Source: Dimorphilus gyrociliatus (taxonomy: Eukaryota > Animalia > Annelida). From it: a stretch of DNA of 64,000 nt. The position numbers and the translations under genes were made by a program. Of this stretch, positions 13,717 through 27,877 are shown one piece after another. The first letter of the stretch is position 1. Every line of letters begins with the position of its first letter. Under the pieces are notes generated by a model. It was not told where the DNA came from. It saw only the letters and a program-made list of their open reading frames with translations, and ran no database searches. The stretch spans positions 2,718,946 to 2,782,945 of the forward strand of contig CAJFCJ010000006.1 in NCBI GenBank assembly GCA_904063045.1. The letters run 5' to 3'.

Positions 13717-15273
13717 TTATTCAACACTTTTTATATGAACTGTGTTTATAACTGATTTCGACATAAAATATACTAATATTCCCTTGGAAGTCTTCTTATA
13801 TTCGAACGTCTTGTATAAATCGAAAACCGTCTTATAAACCCAAAGTTCAACGCTATTTTTTTTCAATTCGCTTAAATAAGTATTATTGAATACTGATAAA
13901 GCTGAACCTTTTTTACATAGAAGTCTTGTAAGGAAAGAAATACTCGAACAACTAAATGTTGCATCCGAACCATTGAAAAATAGATTTGTCGCCGACATTG
14001 TCGATAATACAACACCAGAATTGAAATCTAATATACAGCAAGATTTTTCAGAGAAGTACGTAATTAATTTATCACCGTTTAATTTCATATCAATTACACA
14101 GCCCCAAGTATTATCAATTTCTGATTTCCATTCAATTTTAAATGGATCAGAGAGTTTTAGAATTGTTGAATTCTTACCAGCCATTTCGCTTGTTAATATA
14201 ATTCCATTATTCCATCCTGTCATATTACAGTAAAAACTACCTTTTCTAGCAAAACAAAACTCTTTAAAGAGGCACTGATACCGAAGATAGTTCTTTTTTG
14301 TTATACTACGTACATATTCTACCATATTTGTTCCAGAATTTAAAATGTAAACTTTATTATTAACCGCAATTTTAAATTGTCGTTCATTTTGACAGATCCA
14401 CTCGTGTAAATTCTCCAATAGTTCTTCTTCCCAATTATAACGATAGAAATTGTAGCTATATTCGCTATTTGATGGTTTTTCGGTTATTAAATATAAAAAA
14501 TTATCATAACTTTGCGCTGTGACAATTGTACACGGCTTGGGTATTGAACAAACTTCTGCTTTTACTGTAAAATCCCTTGTTGTAATATTCGTACCAATGT
14601 CGATTAGTTTCTCTATTGATTCTTCGGGATAGAAGTCTATCATTCTATGAAGGCATGATATTGCCTTATTGCTTAATTCAATTTTCATTTCCATTTCGCC
14701 ATCTTCTTCGCTAGAAAAATTATCGTATTCTTGAAATTCGGCTATTATTTCTTCCATTTCATCTTTTTTCTTATCAAAGAACGCTTCAACTTCATTTAAC
14801 AGTATCCTGTTTCTCTCTGAAATTCTTTCAGCAAGCTTTTCAGTCGCGCAATTAATTTTCTCACAAATAGAATACTCTTCTTGTTCCAAGTTTCCCAAAG
14901 ATGCAGTAAGAAGTTTCTCAGTATCGCAAAGTACTCTATTTTCAGTATTTTGATAGTTTTCTGTATAGATTTTTCTCCGAATAGGTTTGTCTTCGTCCAT
15001 ATCAAAGAGTCCTAAACGTGGAAATGATCTCACTCCATTTTCTGTCCAAACATGCTCTTCCCGACAGATAGGACAGCAAATAGTATCGCCCGGTTCTGAG
15101 TCATTATGTTCAGCTAACATTTCGATACATTCAGTGCAGAAAATATGAACGATATTGCTGCAGGGGAAACATCTCGGTTCTTTTTGAATCCACGTTGCCT
15201 TGCATATTGCACAAATAGTTTCCTCCTCCATTAGAACCTGATTCAAGTTAATGTCTTCGTCGTTAGAAGTCAT
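13717..15273 (-). CDS. Intronless RING-finger protein (RING, coiled coil, beta-rich C-terminus; TRIM-like without B-box), 518 aa
   Basis: CAIC..PCSNIVHIFCTEC..CPICR C3HC4-type RING, acidic helical middle and beta-strand-rich C-terminal half. Confidence 0.8.
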   Translation of the reverse strand: MTSNDEDINLNQVLMEEETICAICKATWIQKEPRCFPCSNIVHIFCTECIEMLAEHNDSEPGDTICCPICREEHVWTENGVRSFPRLGLFDMDEDKPIRRKIYTENYQNTENRVLCDTEKLLTASLGNLEQEEYSICEKINCATEKLAERISERNRILLNEVEAFFDKKKDEMEEIIAEFQEYDNFSSEEDGEMEMKIELSNKAISCLHRMIDFYPEESIEKLIDIGTNITTRDFTVKAEVCSIPKPCTIVTAQSYDNFLYLITEKPSNSEYSYNFYRYNWEEELLENLHEWICQNERQFKIAVNNKVYILNSGTNMVEYVRSITKKNYLRYQCLFKEFCFARKGSFYCNMTGWNNGIILTSEMAGKNSTILKLSDPFKIEWKSEIDNTWGCVIDMKLNGDKLITYFSEKSCCILDFNSGVVLSTMSATNLFFNGSDATFSCSSISFLTRLLCKKGSALSVFNNTYLSELKKNSVELWVYKTVFDLYKTFEYKKTSKGILVYFMSKSVINTVHIKSVE

Positions 15274-15656
15274 CCTATATTTTTAGTTAGCTCAAACCAG
15301 TTTCTGTTTAGTGGAGCTACCCACAATGCTAAGTAACGTTAAAGCTCATAAAGACATTAGAACTAACTCCTTGATTAGTATTCATTGGGTTTAGTAACAT
15401 TTAACAGCCTTCGGCGTTTGACCTTCAAGTTATTAACAACTCTAATTGAGTTGTATTAAAACGCTCGTTCCCTCAATAAATGACATCCTATTCGTCCTTT
15501 TAATCAGCATCATGATTGATATTATTAAAATTTTCAATAGAATTAGGTTTTTATGTATAATATACATATATATTTTTTAATATAACTCAATAATTAATAA
15601 AATTTTGACAATTATAATAACAATTTAACAGATTTATAATTTTTCTCAATTAATTA

Positions 15657-18804
<3,148 letters not shown>

Positions 18805-19220
18805 CGATTGTGCGAAATACAGCAAAAGCAGACTAAAATATTTAACAGTTTTCTTTAAATAAATACTTCCAAATGTTCAAAGTTATACGTTTTATGTTTC
18901 AATTTTCATATATTTTTCCAAAAGTGTTTAACTTTTTTTAAGGTCCAAAAATGATATAACACTTGGTTTTAATTCATGATTATGATTACAAAATAGAACA
19001 ATTTGTTAATCAAAGAAAAAGTTATTTATAGCGATTTGTTTCCGATAGACAAACAATAAAAAAATATGATTTATTTATCACTTAACCTGAAATGTGTTAT
19101 CAAAGTATGATAGTATTTAAACATCTTATTACAATAATAATTAGTTAGACGAAAATGGATATTAAGTGTCTATAGGCTTCGAAGTTGAAGGATTTAGATA
19201 TTTATTCATAGTTGATTGCT

Positions 19221-20366
19221 CTAAGATTTTTTTGGAAAGAGGTCAGGCACTAACTCAATATCTTCTTGATATTTTTCCATAAAGAAGTCTGCAAGCTCTT
19301 CCCTTCCGATGGAACGAAGACCTCTCTCTAATTCTCTAGCTTTATCTCTTTTTTTCATAAGAAATGAAAAATATTGAATATTGAATTGCTTAAATTAAAT
19401 TATATATATTTTTAAACCTGTCTTTTGCAGAAGCTCTCATAGTTCGCCAATAAAGTAACATATTAGCAGCAAATTCTTCGTCTTCTTGTTCTTTTTCGCA
19501 GGCCGAGACAGTGTCCTTAACCAATTTGGTTGTTGGAACATTTAGATACATGCATAATTTCACTGTGTCAACTACACCCAACTCTCTTCCCATATTCATC
19601 ACTGAAGATATGCATAAGGCCAATTTTTCTTTTTTGACAACTGTAAATGAAAATTACAAGTTTATAAAATATCATTAATATGAAGATTTTAAAAAGAGAA
19701 TATTCAGAATGAAGACAATAACAGAAGATGAAATTATTTTATAGAGATAGAAATGTCAGATATAACTTGTTTTCTTTCTAAAGACCTCTTTCTCTGTAAA
19801 GCTTTTGCCAGTTTTCTTCATCTCGGGTTGTTGCAAGAGTTACCTTCTTTTTTTTGCTCATGCTCATGATGATGTTTGTAGTTTATAAACTTTAGCCTAG
19901 CTGTGTGTGGCTGCCTATTCCCTTACATAAACTCTTTAATAAAGCTATATCAACAAAACCCCCTAACCGATCTATGACAAACAATAGGCGGCTGTCACGG
20001 TAATATCGAACCCCATTGTTTGTCATTGTCAGAGCGTCACCTAGCGGTTACCGGAAGGTCCGGTATTGTCATTATCCCCTTGAACTACGATTGCAGGAAT
20101 ATCGTTAAACGTGACATGTTTTCTATTCGAATCGCTGGGATGTGTCATTACTCGATCTTCATCCGAACGACCGATAGGTTCTAAACGTCCTTGCGTTGTA
20201 AAATATGACAAGCCATCCATTCCTATATCATTAGGTAATCTACTTCTGAGCGTTTTTTCATAGTTATTATTATTCTTTTTAACTTTCCGACACTTTTTAA
20301 ACTTGAATTTAAATTAAATGACAAATTCAGAAGCCTTAACTTACTAGGTTGTTCAATTTCGCCCAT
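19221..20366 (-). CDS. Small death-domain-like protein; 5' exon structure uncertain (two candidate upstream coding exons)
   Basis: Exon from 19640 plus a last exon ending at 19221 encode MGRELGV..LCMYLNV..AANMLLYWR..ELERGLRSIGREELADFF, a death-domain-like helix pattern. Upstream exons 19867-19786 and about 20282/20220-20052 both end in phase 1. Confidence 0.6.
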
Positions 20367-20932
20367 TTTATCCAAAAATGAAACTATAACTTAAGCTCAA
20401 CAAGTAGACTGAATTGGTTGTCAAGCAATAGGCCAATGAAGGCCTGCTTAAGCACATAAGACGAAATCAATAATAATATTTATTAAGGCCTTCAAAGTGA
20501 TGCTAGGAGACTCTTCATAATTCATAATTAATTAGCTTTATCGATTCTATGGTAACTCTTTTGAAAAAATGATAAATATTTCTTATATCCTAATGGAAAA
20601 GTCGTATAAAACTGTATAAACTAGAAAAGAGCCTTTCCCCCGAAGATTTACCTCTAAAATCTTGAAAAAATTGAATATTTTTTACGTTGAAAATCGTAAA
20701 AACGCGTAGGAAATAGAACGGAAAAATTAAAGTTTCCGGAGAAATTTAATTGCATCCGGTCTTTGGGATATTTCTTTTTTATGTTCCGCTATTTGAATTA
20801 TTGTAAAATTTATCATTTCCTTAAAAATGTGATCAAACATTATACTATAATTATGTCTTTAAAGAGCATTATTCCAGCTTTTATTGCTTTCAAGATACAA
20901 ACAGTATAAGAACTGAGACATAAAGAATATAT

Positions 20933-21613
20933 TTAAAGAACAATACTCGAAAGAGTGACTACTTTTTCAGTCATTTCAACATTATGAACACCCGGTTTTT
21001 GTAAAATTCTCAATTTTTCATTTTCCCACCAATTTTTAAGATAAATTGAATATTTCTTCTCATTTGGAAAGGAAAAAGAGCACAGTTTATGATTTTTAAC
21101 TTCAGTTTTGCTTTCACATCGTCTTCTTGCGAATAAACTAACATTGATTTGTACAACTTTTAAAGGAATGTCTTCAAGAGTCTTTGTAGCTGCAATAATA
21201 TCATCCCCCGTTTTGTAAACGATTGGAAATCCTAAGAGTAGACCGGCTGCATAGCAGTGATCTTTTAAGATATCTATATCTTCTATTTGTAAGCAAACTT
21301 CTTCAGATTGAAAATCATTCAACAAATTAACAGTCTTAGCCTTATAGAAAAGGTTATTATAATTAGGGCATGTAATGTAAGTATCATTTTCAATAGTAAA
21401 CGTATTCAAGGTAGAATTGCTTAAGTAATCAGGATTGATTGAGCAATAATCAATCAAAACTGATGGTCTCAATTCTAATAAGACGCAATGAATATCTAAA
21501 GAGAATTTTAACCAGTTTTTGGCCTTATTACCAATCACAGTTCTCCATCTATTCTTCGAACACTCAAAACAAAGTGAAGTTGAATCGGAATGTCTAGCTT
21601 TTTTCTTGCTCAT
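20933..21613 (-). CDS. C1orf74 / UPF0739 (DUF4504)-like protein, 226 aa, intronless
   Basis: LLELRPSVLIDY and AAGLLLGFPIVY resemble the recalled C1orf74 motifs (RGLKPAVLYD, FGILLGYPVPY), as does the LCSFSFP segment. Confidence 0.72.
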   Translation of the reverse strand: MSKKKARHSDSTSLCFECSKNRWRTVIGNKAKNWLKFSLDIHCVLLELRPSVLIDYCSINPDYLSNSTLNTFTIENDTYITCPNYNNLFYKAKTVNLLNDFQSEEVCLQIEDIDILKDHCYAAGLLLGFPIVYKTGDDIIAATKTLEDIPLKVVQINVSLFARRRCESKTEVKNHKLCSFSFPNEKKYSIYLKNWWENEKLRILQKPGVHNVEMTEKVVTLSSIVL

Positions 21614-22063
21614 TTTCTTCTTTCGAAACGAGGAAAACTCTTCTCATGCGTAATATTTTATCTGTGGTATATTTTCCCTTTAATTCAACTTGCTTATTGT
21701 CAAATTCACTTTTCTCAAGCAACAACTGCGTGCCAACAGAATCTTCGTATTCCCCCTCAAATGTATAGTTATCAATCTATTCCAAAAGAAAAATTCCATT
21801 TCAATCATCGAAATTAATAAATTAAGCTTAATTATTGTGAAATCTAGCTTTGCCTATTAAAAGATGGAATAAGGATGAGAAAATTTCGCTTATCTTACTT
21901 GTAAATAAGGTCTGTCTGTTTCGATTCCTAGAATTCTTATGAAACAATTTTTTAAGCTGTCTAAATTCCACTCAAAGCCGTCCAAAACCCCTTCAATTTT
22001 AACAAGAACTAATTCCTCTTCGTATTCCTCTTCAACGTTTTGTGTTTCAGAATTTTCGGTCAT
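21594..22063 (-). CDS. GTF3C6: General transcription factor IIIC subunit 6 (TFIIIC35), 2 exons (22063-21899, 21776-21594), 115 aa
   Basis: EEELVLVKIEG, RILGIETDRPYLQ|IDNYTFEGEYEDSVGTQLLLE and KILRMRRVFL match the TFIIIC35 domain. Confidence 0.9.
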
Positions 22064-22267
22064 TCTACGGTCTGTTTTAAGATAAAAAAGTCTCAATTCT
22101 TTTATTCTAACCTAAGAGAATTAATGTATTCAAAACTTGACTTTTTTAAAGATGATAGCAAAAACTATACATATATACTTTTATACTAAAATATACTAAT
22201 ATATATATTTATATAAAGGAGTATGAAGACAATATTTAGAAGAGTTGTCTTTCAGTTTTTCGCTTTT

Positions 22268-23110
22268 TTAAATAATTCGGTGATCTCTTAAGCTTTCCAT
22301 CTCCAGATGACATTCGTTATTGTCATCAACCTTCTCACCTCTCTTATAACAAAGATCATAGATCTCTTCGATAACGTGAAGCAAATTTTTTCCGATTTGT
22401 ATAATATTTTTAAAAACGAAGACGCTAAGGGCACCAAATCCCTGATGGAATAGAATAATCCTCTGGATGAATATTGGTATGTTTAAAACCAAATTGTAAA
22501 CGGCTGTAAGTATTGTAGCTGTTCTTGAACTTTTTCCAAGAAGAAGTAAATGAAAAACTGGTAAAATTAAAGTAACGCAAGCTATAGCAAGAACTGCGTT
22601 TGCCTGACGAAAAGATAACATATAGTTGGACCCTTCAAGAAGAAAGTTTAAGTTTATAGTTCCATCAATCATATCAATTGCGCCTGAAAATACCAAATCT
22701 TCATATTTTAGGACGGCGGTTGAGTAAAGTACAAAAATAGCTGATGATCCTGCTAGCACAAGTACAATGTTTGATTGTTGGAAGATACCCTTAAGCAGAT
22801 CTACATTTTCATCTAATGCAAGCAAAACTCTAAAAATATAAACAGTTTTTATAACTATAACAGCAATATATAGGCACCATATGACAAAAGAAGAGGAATT
22901 TTTACCAATTTTTTTGAAAGGTAAATAAGGCCTAATGACAAACATTGCAACGAACAGTATCAAAGTTAAACAATCAGGAACTAAAGTTATATACCACAAT
23001 TTTTTATGGGTTATGAGGATATAGTTTAGGTACACAGCTTGTAAAATGTATAATATAGAACACACGACTGCAGAAGCAATTGCTTTCCACGTTTTTTTCA
23101 AGGATAACAT
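22268..23110 (-). CDS. TMEM121/CECR6-family multi-pass membrane protein, intronless CDS, 280 aa
   Basis: About 7 TM helices with WCLY..IK, DMID and NIPIFIQRIILF..SVFVFKN motifs. Confidence 0.65.
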   Translation of the reverse strand: MLSLKKTWKAIASAVVCSILYILQAVYLNYILITHKKLWYITLVPDCLTLILFVAMFVIRPYLPFKKIGKNSSSFVIWCLYIAVIVIKTVYIFRVLLALDENVDLLKGIFQQSNIVLVLAGSSAIFVLYSTAVLKYEDLVFSGAIDMIDGTINLNFLLEGSNYMLSFRQANAVLAIACVTLILPVFHLLLLGKSSRTATILTAVYNLVLNIPIFIQRIILFHQGFGALSVFVFKNIIQIGKNLLHVIEEIYDLCYKRGEKVDDNNECHLEMESLRDHRII

Positions 23111-23581
23111 AATGTTGTCTAAAAAAGGACAAGTTTGTATAACTTACTCAGGTTAGGCACAAGTCTTCTCAGGGTTCCTGTTCCACCCCGTTTTAGATAC
23201 GATAATATTTATAACATGACATTAACAACAGTGATAAAGAATTTTCGAAGAAGTCGAGTATGTTGACTTTTTTAAAATGGCTGTTTGGGGTTGTGAAACT
23301 AGTAGACATATTTGAGTAACCAAGTCAAACTAAAATTATATAAATAAAGAAAATTTAGTATAGAGCAGTAACTTGTACATGTTAATCAAAATGTCAATGT
23401 CATATTAAGTCCTTTACCACCATAACGAAAAACTTAAGTAATCATCAATAATACGCGATCAAAAAACAAATTCAACCAATCACAATCCACTTTACAATCT
23501 TTATCAACGCCTTCCAACACGTCACATAAATTTACTTGCTTTTGGTAAATTCTCCTGCATTGCGCGTTGAGACAAACAAAT

Positions 23582-25356
23582 ATGGATCAAGAATATGATG
23601 TTATAGTTTTGGGAACAGGGTTAAAGGTAAGCTTTACTGATGCATAGCGAATTTTTTTAGCTAGCAATTCATTATTATAATTCTCCATATAATTAATTGT
23701 TCACATTTTATCTCATAATTTTTTTTGCTTTCACAGGAATGTGTGATTAGTGGACTTATGTCTGTTAGTGGAAAGAAAGTATTACACATGGATAGAAACA
23801 GCTACTATGGAGGGGAATCGGCGTCCATTACGCCCTTAACTGATGTAAGTTTAGAGGAAATGAGATAGGAATTACACCAAAGAATATTACTTAATAGTTT
23901 TAATTTTGACGCTAACTCTAAGAAATCATCTAATTTAGGCTTAATTAAGGTTGTTATCCAAAATTTGGCGCAACTTTGCATATTTCCTTGTCAACTTATT
24001 GTCAAAAGTTCTCCTTCAAATATTTCAATTTGCTTTACATAATACTATACCAAGAATTTTTTTATCCAGCTGTTCAAACACTTCAAGAAAGATGAGAAAC
24101 CTCCAGAAAATTTTGGTCCATTTCGTGATTGGAATGTTGATTTAATCCCAAAATTCATCATGTCGACTGGTAAATTGTTATTCATATCTCTATGATTTGT
24201 TCTAACGATTTTATTGATTACAGGTCAACTATCAAAGCTCTTGATACATACCGGTGTAACTCGCTATTTGGAATTTAAACAAATCGAGGGTAGTTATGTA
24301 TTCAAGGGTAAAAAGGTCTATAAGGTACCCGCTACCGAAACGGAAGCTTTAGCAACGAGCCTGATGGGAATTTTCGAAAAGAGAAGATTCAAGAAATTTC
24401 TCTCGGTAATTATAATTTTATAGCTAGTTTGGTAATATTATAAACTTTTGTACTTGTAGTTCGTCGCTTCTTATAAGGAAGATGATCCTAAAACGTGGGA
24501 TGGCTCAGATTTACAGAAAATGACGATGCAGGAGTTATTCACAAAATTCGGATTGGACAGTAACACTGCCGATTTTACTGGGCATGCTATGGCACTGCAT
24601 ACTGACGACAATTATCTTAGAGAGCCAGCTATTCACACAGTCAAGAGAGTCATCTTGTACTGTGAGTCGTTAGCAGCTTTCAAAAAGTCTCCATACCTTT
24701 ATCCTTTGTATGGTTTGGGAGAGTTGCCCCAAGGATTTGCGAGATTGAGTGCCGTGTACGGTGGCACATACATGCTGAACAAACCCTGTGATGAAATCGT
24801 ATACGATAGCGAAGGAAAAGTTTGTGGTGTTAGAAGCGGTGATGATATTGCTAAGTGCAAGAAGGTTGTGTGCGATCCATCATACGTTCCTGACAAAGTT
24901 CAAAAAGCTGGACGAGTGGCCAGGATTATATGTATCATGAATCACACAATTCCCAATACCAACAACAGCACCAGTTGTCAATTGATTCTGCCCCAAAATC
25001 AGCTCAACCGAAAGCACGATATCTACGTTTGCATGGTTTCCAGCGTCCATAATGTAGCTCCGAAGGACTACTATGTCGCTATGGTTTCAAGTATGGTTGA
25101 AACAAATGATCCTGAATGTGAATTGAAACCTGGTTTAGATCTGCTGGGCCCTATTCTGAGGAAGTTTGTCAGTATTTCAGATGTTTACGAACCTAAAGAC
25201 GCGGGAGAAGAGAATGGTCTTGTTATTTCTAAAAGCTACGATGCCACAACGCACTTCGAAACGGCTTGTCAAGACATTTTGAGCATGTATAAGCGAATAA
25301 CAGAAAAGGAGTTCGACTTTTCCCAGATTAAAGATAACATTCATACTGAAGAATAA
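23582..25356 (+). CDS. GDI: Rab GDP dissociation inhibitor (GDI1/GDI2 orthologue), 5 exons
   Basis: [66 protein letters not shown] and [10 protein letters not shown]. Confidence 0.97.
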
Positions 25357-25543
25357 ATTCTAACCCTTAACTAATTTTAGGCAACTTAAGCCATATAATT
25401 GTGTAATGCTATGTACTATGAATGTTGCTGCATGCGTTAGATGGGAGTTATTTCGTTCAGTTAATTAAAATTAATCATTCCGACTCATTTATAGAAATAA
25501 CTGTGCTTTATCTTGAATGTGTATAAATAAAACAGCGAAGCAT

Positions 25544-26426
25544 TTACGAACTAAACTCGAAACCCTTCGTCTTCAAATCATTCTTGGCTTCGCGAATTTG
25601 CTGTCATATAATAAGTTTATTATTTCATTTGAAAAAGTAGATAAAAACGAACCTGCTTCAATTCTTCTGAAGCATCCACACAATCGTTAAATGTAGCTAC
25701 GCGATAGGCAACAACTCCGGCTGAAAATACCTAAAAAGAATAAGCAATTAAAAATAAATATATTTCTCGTTTTGTTTAAAATTCTCTTACCGCAAATCCG
25801 ATACCTAGTAGAATGGGCGACTGCAAGAGATCATAAATATAATTAATACTTAAGGTTAGAAAAACGACCATAGACATGGTACGAAAGTAGTTTACAGAGA
25901 GATGTGAAAAATAGAAAGAAAGTCTTGGAGGGGATGTCGAGCATATTAAAAAAACTAAACTTTCACTTTTAACAGCCTGTAGATTTATTACCGTGATTAG
26001 AACATTTAGAATTACTCTTGCAAAGAGTGAAAGTCAAGTTTAACAAAACCGTTTGTAGAAGTAAGCACTCGAATGGAAAATTAACATCCGCTAACCTAAG
26101 GATATACTAATGAAACGACTTTTCCCGACAATGACAGGTATTAAAAAGGCTTTACTTCCCGCTTAGGGGTGTTAACACTTATATGGCTCTTTCTAATGGG
26201 TGACCGGGATAATTTTATTATTCACTCTAAATCACTAGGAATAGTAACTATAAAAGGAGTTGCATCCAGCAGTCGGATGCAGTGGAAAAAAGAGAATTAT
26301 ACTAACTAGAAGTAAAACATTTCTGGTGTTGGAATTCATTTCAAAAGGTGTTTTTTCGAATAATACAGCCAACCAGAGAGTTAGTATAGCCGATACCAAA
26401 GTTATCCATTCAAGTAATTTCGACAT
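25544..26426 (-). CDS. DPM3: Dolichol-phosphate mannosyltransferase subunit 3, 4 exons
   Basis: MSKLLEW..., then SPILLGIGFA|VFSAGVVAYRVATFNDCVDASEELKQ|QIREAKNDLKTKGFEF. Confidence 0.9.
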
Positions 26427-26638
26427 TATTATTATTTTTATCGGGTAAAAGGAACCAATCGAATCTTTGCAATATATGAAATAGTTTTGAAAAACAGTAC
26501 AGTAAGTTATTTTCAAATTTTCAGAAAGTACTACCAATCACATCAAGTTTTAAATTAAACTATATTAAATTTTATTTTATTCTTTTTTAGATGTAGTAAA
26601 CTTTACAAAACGTCAAAAGCTCCACGCAAGAAACTTTC

Positions 26639-26674
26639 ACCGGTTCAAACCGATTTCAGACCGGTTAATACCGG
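26639..26674. promoter_or_regulatory. Phased ACCG(G) array; Grainyhead/CP2-type site
   Basis: ACCGGTT (26639), ACCGATT (26649), ACCGGTT (26660) and ACCGGCG (26670), spaced 10/11/10 nt. CCGG-TTAATA-CCGG fits the CNRG-N6-CNRG pattern. Confidence 0.45.
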
Positions 26675-26935
26675 CGACATGCGCCCCCTGTCCAGAGAGT
26701 CTGTGACACTTTACTTTCACTGCTTAACTTTTAACCTTGCTATTTCATTGAAAATTTACACGTGTTTTTCCCTTTCTGCTGAAATTGTATGTGTTACGTA
26801 ATTAAAATTATGTAACCCAACGAATTGCTTTCCTTTCTCAAAAACTCCCTCTAGTCAGTCGGCGTCTGGGAGCCGAAACGTTCGAACCTCCTACTTGAAA
26901 ACGTGGAGACGTGGACAGCATTTGGAAAGATACTT

Positions 26936-27012
26936 CGTGCTTTCACTAATGGCACTATAAGAATTCGCGTTAAACATTCGCGAATTCCTATATGCCATAC
27001 GTAAAAGGTGCG
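26936..27012 (+). ncRNA. mir-183: microRNA precursor of the miR-183/miR-263a/miR-228 type; predicted 5p mature AAUGGCACUAUAAGAAUUCGCG (26948-26969)
   Basis: Long near-symmetric hairpin: AUGGCA/UGCCAU, UAUA/UAUA, GAAUUCGCG/CGCGAAUUC, 9-nt loop and basal stem. The 5p arm matches the recalled family consensus AAUGGCACUnnnnGAAUUCACG. Confidence 0.88.
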
Positions 27013-27877
27013 ACTAAACTGCAATTTTTACTCCAAAATAGGTAAGAATTCTCAAAGCCATTTTGAGTATTTCGAGTTGATAGAATAAAAATGACATAGT
27101 TTTAAACCAAGTATTTAAAACTATTTATACCTCTATATAAATTTCTTAAATGTTACATTTTACTTTTAAAACTACAAAATATTATTAGATATTAAAAAAG
27201 TTAGGGCGGGCCACGTTCTGACCCTTCAATGAACCTTGAAAGGCGTCTTAATCTATAGCTAACGATATTCGGTGTACATTTCTAACTAACAGTCAGCAGT
27301 TAGTTTGCGATATTTGTTCTCTATTCTTAACTAATAGCCTATTTACTTTATTACATAACGCATTCCTTGTTACAACAATCCTATCTGATTCATTTCGTTT
27401 AAAAGACTCGAGTTACAGAGAAGTATTAGGGTATTTGCAAATGTAGCCTTTTCTTAACAATAACGCCATAAACGACAAGGTTTACTTTACTTTTCACAAC
27501 CTTAGAATGCTAAGCAGTTTCTTTTTCTTCTTCCAAATTCATTAGAATTGTAAGGGCAAATAGTTCAATTTAGTAAATATTTGAAATTCTTTAAGAAAAT
27601 AAGGTACCAATCAAATTCTAATCAACGTTATACAAACGAACGTTTTAATTCACCTAGACATCTGCTAGGGAGACGCTTTGAAAATGGTCATTATGTAATT
27701 CTTGAATTAAAGCTTTTCTTGTAATTAAATTCCTCAAATGCATAAAAGAGTTCAATTCAATACCTGGATAATTTTGAATGTCTTGGTGACAAAATGTACT
27801 TAACGTCAAGCTGTTTTAAATTTCAAGCTATATGATAACCGTGTATATTAAAATTTAAGAAAAACCCAATTAATTTA

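Noticed and set aside
13886-14233. Antisense ORFs over real genes (also 2435-2776, 37190-37600, 51360-51797 and others)
   Set aside because: Shadow frames of coding exons with no recognisable motifs.
20436-20495. 8-bp inverted repeat GAAGGCCT/AGGCCTTC
   Set aside because: The interior pairs poorly; it resembles no known miRNA and has no MITE hallmarks.
25836-26306. Long DPM3 intron 1 as a snoRNA host or U12 intron (internal ATATCCTT)
   Set aside because: No convincing C/D or H/ACA box pair, and the intron has normal GT-AG ends.
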